A DNA stretch of 64,000 bases from contig CAVSGM010000001.1 of NCBI GenBank assembly GCA_963727485.1, positions 1-64,000 on the forward strand, in the 5' to 3' direction. Position numbers and translations under genes: made by a program. Shown here one piece after another: positions 47,629 to 58,151 of this stretch; position 1 is the first letter of the stretch, and the number at the start of each line of letters is the position of its first letter. A model generated the notes under the pieces. That model saw only the letters and a program-made list of their open reading frames with translations. It made no database searches and was not told where the DNA came from. Source of the DNA: an uncultured delta proteobacterium (GTDB taxonomy: Bacteria > Myxococcota > Myxococcia > SLRQ01).

Positions 47629-49577
47629 CCGTTTGCCCGGGACGCGGCGCCGCGGCGCACGCGCTTGTCGCCGACCCGGAGGGTCACGTGCTGGCGGTCG
47701 AAGTGCTCGGAGAGGGGGATGGCGTGCTTGCGGGTGGCCCCGGTGAGGTCCTTGAAGGCCTGGGTGGTGATCGCGCCGTGCGCGTCGAGGTAGGCGACGA
47801 GGCGGCGCTCGAGCTCGGCGAGGGCCGGGGTGGCGAAGTAGAGGTCGTCCTTGACCTTGACCACCTCCCCGGCGTCGGCGAGGCGGCCGAGGAGGGCGGC
47901 GGCCCGCCCGGCGTCGAGGCCGAGGTCGGCGGCGAGGTCCTTGACCCGGGGGGGGGTGAGGGCGGCGGTCTGGATCCGGTCGAGGAGGCGCGCGCCCTCG
48001 TCGGCGGCGTCCCCGGCGAGGGCGCCGCCGGCGCCGGCGAGGCGCACCCGGTCGGTGTCGAGCTCGGCGTCGCCGGCATCGACGAGGGCCCCGAGGACCC
48101 GGTGGAAGAGCCTCGGGGGCGGGGGGCCGGGGAGGGCGGCCCGCAGGGCCTCCTTGGAGAGGCCGGCGCTCAGGGGATCGGCGCCGTGGTGGTCGGCGAG
48201 GGCCTGCCGGGCCGCGGTCTCGAGGGCGGCGACGGCGTCGGGGTGGACCAGGCGCCGCGCGTCCGGGTCGGCGAGGAAGAGCCGGCGCCGGGCGAGGTGG
48301 CCCTCGACCAGGCGCGCCAGGACCCGCTTCGGCCGGCCGGTGGCGTAGGGGAGGTCGGCCTCGGGGAGGCCGGCGGTGCCCGCGAGGCGGACCAGGGCCT
48401 CCACCCGGGCGCCGTCGTCGTCCCCGGCGAGGCGGGCGAGGCCGTCGAGGGCCCCGGGGCGGCTCGGGCGCCGGCGCTTCTCGGCGAGGGCGAGGACGCG
48501 GCCCCCGGCGAGGGTCCGGCCCCGGCCGGCGAGGGTGCGGGGGCCCCGGAGGATGAAGCGCTGCCCCGGGAGCACCGCGACCTCCCGGTCGAGGTGGAGC
48601 TGGGCGAGGCCCCGGCCGCCGGGGGCGAGCTGCCGGTCCTCGAGGAGGATCAGGGTGGCCTCGGCGTGGCCGGTGCCCAGGTGGAGCTCCAGGGCCCGGC
48701 GCTGGCGCAGGGGACGATCGAGGGCGGGCAGCGCCTCGAGGGACACGTCGAGGAGGCGGCCGGTGGCCCGGGCCCCGGGGGCCACCAGGACCTGGCCCCG
48801 GCTCACCCGGTCCTTCTCGATGCCCGAAAGGTTGGCGGCGGTGCGCTGGCCGGCCCGGGCGGCCTCGGCGGCCTCGCCGTGGACCTGCACCCCCCGGACC
48901 CGGAGGCGCGGGCCGCCGGGGACCAGCTCGACCTCGTCCTCCGGGGCCACCGCCCCGGAGAGCAGGGTGCCGGTGACCACGGTGCCGAAGCCCTTGAGGG
49001 TGAAGGCCCGGTCCACCGGCAGGAAGAGCGGGCCGTCGGCGGGGCGCTCGTCGGTCTCGCCCACCGCCGCCACCAGGGCGGCGCGGAGGGCCTCGAGGCC
49101 GTCCCCGGTGCGGGCGCTGACCTGCACCACCTCGGCGCCCTCGAGGAAGGTCCCCTTCACGGTGTCGGCGACGTCGCCGCGGACCAGGTCCGCCCAGCCG
49201 GGCTCCAGGCCCTCGAGGAGGTCGGCCTTGGTGAGGGCGACGATCCCCCGGCGGAGGCCCAGGAGACGGCAGATGTCCAGGTGCTCCCGGGTCTGGGGCA
49301 TCACCCCCTCGTCGGCGGCGACCACCAGGACCACCAGGTCCACGCCCCCGGCGCCGGCCACCATGGTGCGCACGAAGCGCTCGTGCCCCGGGACATCGAC
49401 CACCCCGGCCACCAGGCCGCCCCCCAGGTCCAGGTGGGCGAAGCCCAGGTCGATGGTGATCCCCCGGCGCCGCTCCTCCTCGAGGCGGTCGGGGTCGGTG
49501 CCGGTCAGGGCGCGGACCAGGGCCGACTTCCCATGGTCGATGTGTCCGGCGGTCCCGATGACGATGCGACGGCTCAC
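47625..49577 (-). CDS. selB: Selenocysteine-specific elongation factor
   Basis: GTAGHIDHGKS, EERRRGITIDLGFA, DVPGHERFV, PQTREH, C-terminal winged helix TRKHAIPLSEHFD. Confidence 0.96.
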   Translation of the reverse strand: MSRRIVIGTAGHIDHGKSALVRALTGTDPDRLEEERRRGITIDLGFAHLDLGGGLVAGVVDVPGHERFVRTMVAGAGGVDLVVLVVAADEGVMPQTREHLDICRLLGLRRGIVALTKADLLEGLEPGWADLVRGDVADTVKGTFLEGAEVVQVSARTGDGLEALRAALVAAVGETDERPADGPLFLPVDRAFTLKGFGTVVTGTLLSGAVAPEDEVELVPGGPRLRVRGVQVHGEAAEAARAGQRTAANLSGIEKDRVSRGQVLVAPGARATGRLLDVSLEALPALDRPLRQRRALELHLGTGHAEATLILLEDRQLAPGGRGLAQLHLDREVAVLPGQRFILRGPRTLAGRGRTLAGGRVLALAEKRRRPSRPGALDGLARLAGDDDGARVEALVRLAGTAGLPEADLPYATGRPKRVLARLVEGHLARRRLFLADPDARRLVHPDAVAALETAARQALADHHGADPLSAGLSKEALRAALPGPPPPRLFHRVLGALVDAGDAELDTDRVRLAGAGGALAGDAADEGARLLDRIQTAALTPPRVKDLAADLGLDAGRAAALLGRLADAGEVVKVKDDLYFATPALAELERRLVAYLDAHGAITTQAFKDLTGATRKHAIPLSEHFDRQHVTLRVGDKRVRRGAASRANG

Positions 49578-49772
49578 GTCGGCCTCTGCTCCCCTGACCG
49601 GGCGGCGGCGGGCGGAATGTTGCCTCGCGTCGGCCGGATCCCGTATCGTCCGAGGTGTTAGAGTAAATCCAAGCGGATTGCGTGGCCAGCGCCGGTCCCA
49701 GGGCCCTGGCTTCGAGGGGCATGGCACCGACCGTCGCGGATGGCCGGTGACCGCAGGGGATCCAGCCGGTCC

Positions 49773-51497
49773 ATGAACGGCCTCTGTCAGCAGTGCCAGG
49801 TCTACTACCCGATGCCCGAGGACTTCGCTCGCGGCGTCCCCTACGCGTGCCCTCAGTGCCAGACCCTCCTGGTGCCCTATGCGGAGGCCGCGTCGCCGGT
49901 GGCGGTCCAGCCCTCCGGGCCCCCCGCCGGGACCCCGCCCCCCGACGCCGGGGGCTACGAGATCTCCGCGCCGATGGACGCCGACGCCCCTGACGACATC
50001 ACCCTGGTGGGCCGGGCTCCCGACGGCTTTCGCCAGGGCCCGGTGGCGCCTCCGCCGGAGGATCCCGGGGCCCGGGTGCGGGTCGTCTGGTTCCATCCCC
50101 ACCCGTCGCCGGAGGTCGCCGCCGCCCGGGCCGAGCTCGCCGCCGAGGAGCCCAAGACCCCGGCCGGGCCGGTCTCGCCCCTGCCCCCCGTCGGCGCCGG
50201 CGTGCCCGATGACCCCTGGCTCTCCGGGGAGGCGACCCCGCCCTCGCCGGGTCCGACCCCCGCCGCGCCCGAGGCCGGGAAGCCGACCACCTTCGTGCTC
50301 CGCGGCGCCGGCGAAGGCGTCGCCCGGGAGGAGCTCCCCCTCGACCTGCCCAAGCGATCGGCGGCGCCCCCGGCGGCCGCCGAGCCCTCGCCGCGGCGGA
50401 CCCAGGAGCCGGTGCCCAGGTTCCGTCAGATCACCACCGCCGCCACCCCGGTGCGCCGGCGCGGGGCCGCGGCGATCTGGGCGGTGCTGGGTTTCCTGCT
50501 CCTCGGCGGGGCCGGCGCCGCCTGGTACTTCACCGGCCCCGGCGCCGAGACCTGGCAGCGCCTCGCCGGGAGCGGGGCCCACCCGGCCGCCGCCCGCGAG
50601 CGCCCGGCGTCGGACCCCGCCGCGGCGGACGACGCCCCCGGCGCCGCCACCTCCGGCACCGCCGCGCCCGAGGGGACCCCGGCCACCGGGGGGGCCGCGC
50701 CGGCCGGGGGCGCGCCCGGCCACCCGGCCGCCGCCCAGCCCGCCCACGGCAAGCCGGCGCCGACGGAGCCCGCCGCCCGGACGGCTCCGGCGCCCAAGGG
50801 CGGGGCCACACCCGCCAAGGCCAAGGCCACGGTGAGGCACGCGACCAAGGCCGCCGCCAGGCCCAAGGCCGCCGCCCGGCCCAAGGCCGCCGCCCGGCCC
50901 AAGGCCGCCGCCAGGCCCAAGGCCGCCGCCAGGCCCAAGGCCGCCGCCAGGCCCAAGGCCGCCGCCAGGCCCAAGGCCGCCGCCAGGCCCGAGGCCGCCG
51001 CCAGGCCCAAGGCCGCCGCCAGGCCCAAGGCCGCCGCCAGGCCCAAGGCCGCCGCCAGGCCCAAGGCCGCCGCCAGGCCCAAGGCCGCCGCCAGGCCCAA
51101 GGCCGCCGCCAGGCCCAAGGCCGCCGCCAGGCCCGAGGCCGCCGCCAGGCCCAAGGCCGCCGCCAGGCCCAAGGCCGCCGCCAGGCCCAAGCCGAAGGCT
51201 GCCGCGGACCCGGCGCCCGGCGGCGACGCGCTCTCCGAGGTCCGCACCGGCAACCTCCTCTTCGGCCAGGGCAGGATTGACGCGGCCATCTCCGCCTACC
51301 GGGCGGCGCTGAAGCTCGACCCCAACAGCGGCCTGGCGCACCGGGGCCTCGGGGTCGCCTACGCCAAGCTCGGCCGAGCGGCCGCCGCGGCCAAGGAGTA
51401 CCAGCGGTATCTCGACCTGGATCCGAACGCCCCCGACGCGCCCCAGGTGCGGCGCATCGTCAAGGCGTACTACGACCAGACCGGGAAGACGCCCTAG
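49773..51497 (+). CDS. Membrane protein: N-terminal Cys4 zinc ribbon, Pro-rich linker, TM, AAARPK repeats, C-terminal TPR
   Basis: CQQC...CPQC; TM IWAVLGFLLLGGAGAAWYF; TPR AISAYRAALKLDP...AHRGLGVAY. Confidence 0.8.
   Translation: MNGLCQQCQVYYPMPEDFARGVPYACPQCQTLLVPYAEAASPVAVQPSGPPAGTPPPDAGGYEISAPMDADAPDDITLVGRAPDGFRQGPVAPPPEDPGARVRVVWFHPHPSPEVAAARAELAAEEPKTPAGPVSPLPPVGAGVPDDPWLSGEATPPSPGPTPAAPEAGKPTTFVLRGAGEGVAREELPLDLPKRSAAPPAAAEPSPRRTQEPVPRFRQITTAATPVRRRGAAAIWAVLGFLLLGGAGAAWYFTGPGAETWQRLAGSGAHPAAARERPASDPAAADDAPGAATSGTAAPEGTPATGGAAPAGGAPGHPAAAQPAHGKPAPTEPAARTAPAPKGGATPAKAKATVRHATKAAARPKAAARPKAAARPKAAARPKAAARPKAAARPKAAARPKAAARPEAAARPKAAARPKAAARPKAAARPKAAARPKAAARPKAAARPKAAARPEAAARPKAAARPKAAARPKPKAAADPAPGGDALSEVRTGNLLFGQGRIDAAISAYRAALKLDPNSGLAHRGLGVAYAKLGRAAAAAKEYQRYLDLDPNAPDAPQVRRIVKAYYDQTGKTP
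50850..51191 (+). repeat. Coding tandem repeat, 19 x 18 bp (AAARPK/E)
   Basis: GCCGCCGCCAGGCCCAAG units; K-to-E variants at units 8 and 16. Confidence 0.95.
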
Positions 51498-51767
51498 GCG
51501 CGTGTGCCGCACCCGCTCCGGGTGGGACCCGGTGGTCTCTCGAGCCCCTTCACGCTCGGGGTGAGGTGCGCGCGGTCGGGCGGCTCGTTCGTCACCGGCG
51601 GCGCCACGATCACCTTCGCTTCCCCAGCCCCCCTCATCCTCGGCACCCCTCGGAACGCGTCACGTTGGGATACGCTGGGAGACGTTGGGGCGGATTGCCC
51701 CAATGGGATACGTTGTGACGCGTTCGACGGGTCGACCGCCCCCCGCCGCCCGGGTACGCCCCGCCGC

Positions 51768-53123
51768 CTAGAGCGAGAGCTCGTAGCCCACGGCCACCCC
51801 GAGCTCCCCGAGAGGGCCGGAGAGCACGGCGGTGCGGTCGAACCCCGAGCCCGGTGCCACGGTGCCGAAGCCGCCGGCGCCGCGGAGCGAAAGGGACAGG
51901 GCCCCGGGGCCGGCGTCGAAGAGCACGCCCAGGGAGGCCTCGCCCCCGGGCGCCAGGCCCGAGCCGCTCCGGCCGGCCAGGGTCGCCGAGGCGTAGACGA
52001 CCCCGGCGCCGACGGTGGCCTCGAGGGACAGGGGGCCGTCGCCGAGGCGCTGGGTGTAGGCGGCCACCGCCAGGATGGGCAGGGCCTGCACCGCGCCCCG
52101 GGCGCTCAAGGCCGCGCCGCCGGCGCTGACATAGTCCACCCGGAGGGCGTAGGGCACCACGTCGACCGAGAGCCCGAAGGCGACCCGGCCGTCGAGGAGC
52201 CCCGGGCGCAGGCGGACCCCCACGCCGCCGCCGAGGGTGCCGCCGCCGATCCCGTGGGTGGCGACGAGGCCCCGGAGGGCGACCACGATGTTGCCGGTGG
52301 GATGGGCGCGGGGCGGCGCCTCGGGGAGGGCCACCGGGGGCGCGGTGGGCCCCTGGTCGGCCTGGGCGGTCACGTGGGTGACCTGGACGTCGTGGCCCGA
52401 GTTGAGGGCGAGGGCCCCGCCGTGGCCGGTGCCGCCCGACGACGCGGCCTTGCCGGCGCCGGCGCCGTGCTGGGTCGCGTGGCTCCCGTCGGGGTGCTTC
52501 TTGGGCGGGGTGAGGCCCACCAGGGGCACCGCGTCGGGGTTGGGGACGCTCCGGTGGGACACCAGGCCCACCAAGGGGATGCCCCCGCCCGAGGCGCCGT
52601 TGTCGGCGTGCTCGGCGCGGTGCGCCGGCTTCTTGGCGTGGAGGGGCACCAGGGGCACCAGGGCCAGGGGCGAGGCCGCCGGCGCGAGGCGCGGCGCCAC
52701 CGCCAGCTCCCGGTGCCGGGGACCGACCTCGAGGCGGTAGCGGTGGGTGCCGTCGGGGACGTCGAGCTCGAGGGTCCGGGGGGTCGACGGCCGGCCGCGC
52801 ATGGGCGCCCGGTACCAGCGGCCGCCCACGGGCTGGCGCACGTAGAAGGTCTGGAGGCGGTTGCCGTCCTGGGAGACGATGACCCGGGTCACGGTGCGGC
52901 CCGGCCGCATCCCCGGGTGGAAGGCCTGGCGGACCTCGAGCTGCACCTTCGCCGGCCCGGTGACCTCGAAGGTCAGGGGCACCCCGGCGCGGACCAGGGC
53001 GTAGTGGGCGTGGTCGCCGCGGACCCGGAGGTGGCGCTCGTGGTGGCTGGTGATGTGGACACCGCCGGCGAAGGCCAGCGACGGCACCAGGGCCGCGGCG
53101 GCGATGGTCATGAGCCTGCGCAT
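51768..53123 (-). CDS. Exported protein with probable C-terminal beta-barrel
   Basis: Signal peptide (AFA), low-complexity linker, alternating strands ending LGVAVGYELSL. Confidence 0.6.
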   Translation of the reverse strand: MRRLMTIAAAALVPSLAFAGGVHITSHHERHLRVRGDHAHYALVRAGVPLTFEVTGPAKVQLEVRQAFHPGMRPGRTVTRVIVSQDGNRLQTFYVRQPVGGRWYRAPMRGRPSTPRTLELDVPDGTHRYRLEVGPRHRELAVAPRLAPAASPLALVPLVPLHAKKPAHRAEHADNGASGGGIPLVGLVSHRSVPNPDAVPLVGLTPPKKHPDGSHATQHGAGAGKAASSGGTGHGGALALNSGHDVQVTHVTAQADQGPTAPPVALPEAPPRAHPTGNIVVALRGLVATHGIGGGTLGGGVGVRLRPGLLDGRVAFGLSVDVVPYALRVDYVSAGGAALSARGAVQALPILAVAAYTQRLGDGPLSLEATVGAGVVYASATLAGRSGSGLAPGGEASLGVLFDAGPGALSLSLRGAGGFGTVAPGSGFDRTAVLSGPLGELGVAVGYELSL

Positions 53124-53245
53124 CTGCACCCCTCTTGGCCGGAAGCTCCCGGTGGGGAGACGGCCCGTCCCGCCATCGTAGAGAGGCCCTGGAAGCCCTG
53201 TCAAACCGGTCGGGTGGCCGGGGCCCGGGCCGGGCGCGGCCGCCG

Positions 53246-54181
53246 TCAGCGCCGGGCGTCGACCGAGAGGATGGTGTCCCGGAGGCTGTGGGCGGGCGCG
53301 TAGCCCCACTCCTTGCGGAACCGGCTTCCGTCGGTGACGCAGAGGTAGCGGATGTGGTCCAGCTCCGGGGGCGGGAACCCGGTGAGGTGCAGGTCCCAGA
53401 GCCGCTCGAGCATGGGCCGGGCGAGGAAGTGGGGGATGGGCACCGGCCGGCGCCCCAGGACCTCGAGGACCCGGGAGAGCGGCGCCTCGCCGGGGCCGGT
53501 GACGTTGTAGACCCCGCGGACCCCGGGCTCGAGGGCCGCCTGGATCGCTCGGGCCACGTCGTCCTGGTGGATGAGCTGCACGATGGGATCGAAGCCGGCC
53601 ATGGTCCAGGGCCGCGGCTTGCGCAGGTAGTTCGAGGGGGCGTTCTTCACCGAGGGGCCGACGATGTGCACCGGCCGGAGGATCACCGTCTCCAGATCCG
53701 GGTGCCGCCAGAAGAAGCTCTGGGCGTACATGTCGACCTCGACCAGGTCCCGGATGTCGCCGTAGCGCACCGCGGCCCGCAGCGGCGCGTCCTCGGTGAG
53801 GAAGTTGGAGTTCTGGGGGTCGGGGCCGTAGACGTTCGCCGAGGAGAGGGCCACCACCTTCTTGACCCCGTACTTCACGCAGTACTCGAGGATGTGCTGG
53901 GTGCCGACCACGTTGAAGCTGTGGTGCTCCTCGGGCGAGAGCCGCGGGTCGTGGACGATGCCCATGTGCACCAGCGCCTTGATGTTGTGGCGCCGGAAGA
54001 TGTCGCCGGCCTTCTTGCGGCGGATGTCGAGGTCGTAGAGGGCGATGTCCTTGGGCCGGCCGGGGAAGGGACGGCGGTCGATGCCGATCACCTTCTCCTC
54101 GCGGTGGAGGAGCCGGGCGATGGTGCGCCCGAGGTTCCCGCTGATGCCGGTGATGACGACTGCTGGCCGATCGTCTGCCAT
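53246..54181 (-). CDS. NAD-dependent epimerase/dehydratase (extended SDR)
   Basis: ITGISGNLG, NVVGT, LSSANVYG, ILRP, IHQDDVA, YNV. Confidence 0.9.
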   Translation of the reverse strand: MADDRPAVVITGISGNLGRTIARLLHREEKVIGIDRRPFPGRPKDIALYDLDIRRKKAGDIFRRHNIKALVHMGIVHDPRLSPEEHHSFNVVGTQHILEYCVKYGVKKVVALSSANVYGPDPQNSNFLTEDAPLRAAVRYGDIRDLVEVDMYAQSFFWRHPDLETVILRPVHIVGPSVKNAPSNYLRKPRPWTMAGFDPIVQLIHQDDVARAIQAALEPGVRGVYNVTGPGEAPLSRVLEVLGRRPVPIPHFLARPMLERLWDLHLTGFPPPELDHIRYLCVTDGSRFRKEWGYAPAHSLRDTILSVDARR

Positions 54182-54189
54182 CGCTCCCC

Positions 54190-55113
54190 CTAGAAGAACC
54201 ATCCCCGGCGCGACGCCAGGCCCGCCTGGATCATCTGCCGGATGCGGTTCTCGACCACCTTGACCTTCTTGCCCACCTCGGCGTCCTCGTCGTCGGGGTT
54301 GCCGGTGAAGTGCATCGGCTCGCCGAAGTAGATCCGGTACTTGGTCGGCAGCGGCACCCACCCGAGGATCGGCACCAGCAGCTGCGGGATCACCGGGAAG
54401 GCGGGCATGCCGAAAAGCTTGCCCAGCGAGGTGAGGTTCGCCAGGGAGATCACCTGCTCCTCGGCGCCGACGATGGCCACCGGGACGATGGGCGTGTCGT
54501 TCTCCAGGGCGAGGCGCATGAACCCCAGGCCGAACTTCTCCAGCTGGTAGCGCTGGCTGAACGGCTTGCTGATCCCCCGGGCGCCCTCGGGGAAGACCAT
54601 GATGCACTCGCCCTGCTCCAGGAGGCGCTGGCAGTTCTCCGGGGTGCCCACCACCTGTCCCAGGCGGCTGAAGAGCACCGAGATGTAGGGGAGCGAGGGC
54701 ACCCACTTCTCGAACATCGCCCGCACCACCCGGGGGGGGCTCCCCTCGAGGAACACCGAGAGGCCGAGCATCGCCGCGTCGAGGGGGATCTGGCCCGAGT
54801 GGTTGGAGATGAGGAAGAACCGGCCCTCGGGGAGGTGCTCGATGCCGTGGACCTCGACCCGGAAGTAGTTGCGGTAGAGCCAGACGATGGGGGCGATGGC
54901 CGCCTTCACCACCTCGGGATCGAGGCCGTAGGGATCGAGGCCGAACTCGCCGAGCTGGTCCCAGGGGACCGCCTGGAGCCGCCGCTCGAAGTCCTCGCCG
55001 CCCTGGGCGTAGGTCCAGTCGACGAGGCGGTCGCGGATCCGGTCGCCGAGCCCCGAGAGGAGGCCCGGCCGGGGCGGGTGCCGGCGGGCGAGGGCGCGGG
55101 TCCGGGCAGGCAT
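54190..55113 (-). CDS. Lysophospholipid acyltransferase family protein
   Basis: NHSGQIPLD (HxxxxxD), FPEG, PIVPVAIVG. Confidence 0.9.
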   Translation of the reverse strand: MPARTRALARRHPPRPGLLSGLGDRIRDRLVDWTYAQGGEDFERRLQAVPWDQLGEFGLDPYGLDPEVVKAAIAPIVWLYRNYFRVEVHGIEHLPEGRFFLISNHSGQIPLDAAMLGLSVFLEGSPPRVVRAMFEKWVPSLPYISVLFSRLGQVVGTPENCQRLLEQGECIMVFPEGARGISKPFSQRYQLEKFGLGFMRLALENDTPIVPVAIVGAEEQVISLANLTSLGKLFGMPAFPVIPQLLVPILGWVPLPTKYRIYFGEPMHFTGNPDDEDAEVGKKVKVVENRIRQMIQAGLASRRGWFF

Positions 55114-55125
55114 GACCTGACCTTC

Positions 55126-56100
55126 CTACACCTTGCCGCCCGCCTCAACAAAGCCGGCGATCCCGGTGGTCTCCCGCGCCGCCGTCAGGAGGGGGACGAC
55201 CTCCCAGCCGTCCTCGAGGCGCGAGAGGACGTGGTCGAGGCGGCGGCGCTTCTCGGACAGGGGGATGGCGAGGTCCCGCTGCCGGCGCACCAGGGGCGCC
55301 GGGATCCCGTCGGCGGAGTCCATGAGGTCGATGCCGTGGAGCTCGAGGCTCACGAAGTCCCGGCGGGCCATGAGGGCGAGGCCCGCCTGCACCAGGCCGA
55401 AGGGGAGGCTGGTGACGCTGGTGCCGATGAAGGGGATGCCGGTGAGCGGGACCGTGGCCACCGGGAGCTCCACCAGGGGCCCGTGGCCCTGGCGCCAGAA
55501 GGCCGCCGGGTCCGGGCGGTAGGGCCCGGTGGGGGCCAGGAGGACCTCGGGGCGGCCGGCGTGGGACTGGGAGGGGCGGCCGGCGAGGCGCAGGGCCCCG
55601 ATGACCGAGGCCCGGGCGGCGTAGTAGGGCGCCGAGGGGAAGACCGAGGCGTCGTAGGTGTAGCCCTGGGCGGCGAGGGCGGCGAAGAGGGTCTCGCTGA
55701 CGTTGTAGCCCGGGGCCCGGAAGCCCAGCGGCCGGGTGCCGGTGGCCGCCTCGATGGCGGCGGCGCCCCGGGCGATCTCGTCGTCGATGCGCGCCCGGGA
55801 GAGGCCGGCGAGGCCGTAGACGTGGCGGAAGGTGTGGTTGCCGATCTCGTGGCCGGCGTCCGCCAGGGCCTTGAGCGCCGCCCGGGCCGCCTCGCCGTCG
55901 GGGCCTTCGCCCCGGAGGGTCTCGCCGATGGCGAAGACCGTGCCCTGGAGGCCGTGGCGGTCCATCAGCTCGGCGAAGCGCTGGCCCCCGAGGCGGAGGA
56001 CGTCGCTCTCGGCACCGGTGAGCCCCTCGGGGAGCCCGTGGATCCGCGCGTAGTGGACCAGCTCGTCGAGGTCGATGCTCACGCAGGCCAGCCGGCGCAT
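55126..56100 (-). CDS. Polysaccharide deacetylase family protein
   Basis: SIDLD, HEIGNHTFRH, GFRAPGY, YDASVFP. Confidence 0.9.
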   Translation of the reverse strand: MRRLACVSIDLDELVHYARIHGLPEGLTGAESDVLRLGGQRFAELMDRHGLQGTVFAIGETLRGEGPDGEAARAALKALADAGHEIGNHTFRHVYGLAGLSRARIDDEIARGAAAIEAATGTRPLGFRAPGYNVSETLFAALAAQGYTYDASVFPSAPYYAARASVIGALRLAGRPSQSHAGRPEVLLAPTGPYRPDPAAFWRQGHGPLVELPVATVPLTGIPFIGTSVTSLPFGLVQAGLALMARRDFVSLELHGIDLMDSADGIPAPLVRRQRDLAIPLSEKRRRLDHVLSRLEDGWEVVPLLTAARETTGIAGFVEAGGKV

Positions 56101-56825
56101 CAGTCCCCCTGCAGGCGGATGACCCACACCAGCTTCGCCAGGCCCGAGAGCACCCGGGGCACCCGCCGCATCAGGTGGATCGACGGCGGCCGCTTCTCGT
56201 GGACGTCCACCGGGATCTCGACCACCCGCCGGCCCATGCGCTCGGCGCGGATCACCAGCTCGGAGGCGAAGAGGTCGCGGGTGACCACGCAGCGCTCGAC
56301 CACCGGGAGCAGCCGCGCCCGGCGGAAGGCCTTGAGGCCGTGGGTGTCGGTGCCGTGGAAGCCGAGGCTCACCCGGAGCATCCCGTTGATCACCCGGGTC
56401 GCCGACCGGCGGATGAGGGGCCTGGAGTCGTTGGCGCCCCGCGCCGTCTTGGAGCCGACCACCAGGTCCGCCTCGTCGAGGCGGAGCATGGGCAGGGCCC
56501 GGTCGTAGAAGTCGACGTCGCACAGGTCGATCTCGTCGCAGTGGACGATCTCGCCCCGGGCCTCGAGGATCCCCCGGCGCAGGGCGGCGCCGTAGTCGGG
56601 GGTGTCGGAGGTGAGCCCCCGGATCCGCGGGTCGGCGCCGGTGAGCCGCTCGAGGATCTCCCGGGTGCGATCGGTGGAGCCGTTCTCCGAGAGGAGGATC
56701 TCGAAGTCGAGGCCCCGCTCGTCGAGGGCGGCGGCGAGCCCGGTGGCGGCGGACTCGACGATGGCCTCCTCGTTGTACACGGGGATGACCACCGAGACCT
56801 CGGGCGTGGCTCGGGCGCCGCTCAT
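56100..56825 (-). CDS. Glycosyltransferase family 2 (DPM1-like)
   Basis: SVVIPVYNE, ENGSTDRT, YGAALRRG, DEID, VVGSK, DTHGLKAF. Confidence 0.92.
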   Translation of the reverse strand: MSGARATPEVSVVIPVYNEEAIVESAATGLAAALDERGLDFEILLSENGSTDRTREILERLTGADPRIRGLTSDTPDYGAALRRGILEARGEIVHCDEIDLCDVDFYDRALPMLRLDEADLVVGSKTARGANDSRPLIRRSATRVINGMLRVSLGFHGTDTHGLKAFRRARLLPVVERCVVTRDLFASELVIRAERMGRRVVEIPVDVHEKRPPSIHLMRRVPRVLSGLAKLVWVIRLQGD

Positions 56826-58151
56826 GACGCCGCGGCTCCGAGGATCCCCTTCGCGGCCTCCCGGCCGGCGATGAGCGCGTCCTCCATCGACGAGTACTCC
56901 CAGTTGCCGAAGCGGCCGATGCTGCGCACCCCCCGGCGCTCCAGCCAGTCGAGGACCGCGGCGCGGCGGGGGCCGTGGTGGTGGTCGAAGATCACGTAGG
57001 CCACGGGGATGACCTTGGCCTCGGTGAACCGGACGCGGTCCTCGGCGCGGATGAGGCCGCAGGCCTTCAGGCCCTCCACCGCCTGCCGCTCACAGGTGGC
57101 GCCGTCGAGGGGCCCCTGGTGGGCGAACTCCACGTAGAACGACCGGCCGCCCGGAGGGGCGAGGCCCGGGACCGCCGCCGAGGCGCACCCGGCGCGGTAG
57201 AAGGGGAAGCGCGGCTCCGGGAAGTAGACCCACTGGTAGTCGAGGGGTGGGGTGCCGGCGCCGATCTCCACCGCCACGTTCACATAGGTGACGCTGGTGG
57301 CGGTGAGCCCCGCCGCCGCCTCGCGGACCGGGTCCGGGGCGTCGGTCACCCGCTCCACCAGGGCCGGCAGGGGCAGGGTGGAGACCAGGTGGTCGTAGCC
57401 GTGCCGGGCCCCGGAGGCGGTCTGCACCTCCCGGCGGGCTGGTGTCGACGGCGGTGACCGGGTCGGCGAGGTCGAGGGGGCCGGTGAGCCGGGCGGCGAG
57501 GCGGTCGGGGATCACCTGGATGCCGCCTTCGCGGGGGTAGACGAAGCGCGCGTTGTAGCCCTGCTCACCGGTGGGGGCGCCGAGGGCCCCGCGCACCACG
57601 TCCTCCACCGAGGGGTGGGGGACGAAGCGGCCGGTCCACTCGGCGGAGATCCCGTCGAGGTCCACGGTCCACAGCTTCTCGTTGTAGGGGAACATGAAGT
57701 GGCGGCCGATGCCCTCGCCGAGCTCCCGGAGGACGAACTCCCGGAAGCTCTTCGGCTCGCCCTCGCGCCGCGCCCGGCCGCCCTCGCCGAAGCGGGCCTC
57801 GATGAAGCCCATGAGGCACTCGTAGCGCGCCTCCGGGGGGAGCGCCCAGGTGTTGGTCTGGAACGGGTAGGGCAGGAAGGTCCCGTGGGTGTGGATCCAG
57901 GCCGAGCGGGCGACCCAGACGGCGTCGTCGCCGAGGAGGTCCTCGACCAGGGCCTTGGTCGCCGGATCCCGGAGGTGGAGCCAGTGGCCGGTGGCGTCGA
58001 AGGTGAAGCCGTCCCGGTGGCTGGAGCGGGCCAGCCCGCCGACCCGGTCCCGGGCCTCGAGGACGCGGTAGTCGGCCCCCGCCTGCTCGAGGGTGTGGGC
58101 GGTGCCGAGTCCGGCGAGGCCGGCGCCGAGGATGAGGGTGGTGGGGGGCAC
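56822..58151 (-). CDS. FAD-dependent oxidoreductase (protoporphyrinogen oxidase/UDP-galactopyranose mutase-like), frameshift about 57440
   Basis: ILGAGLAGL...LEARDRVGG, FDATGH, PYNEKLW, FVYPREGG, GRFGNWEYSSME. Confidence 0.85.

Noticed and set aside
49578..49772. tRNA-Sec (selC) next to selB
   Set aside because: No UCA anticodon arm or cloverleaf could be built. I also saw no in-frame UGA selenoprotein; msrB has Cys.
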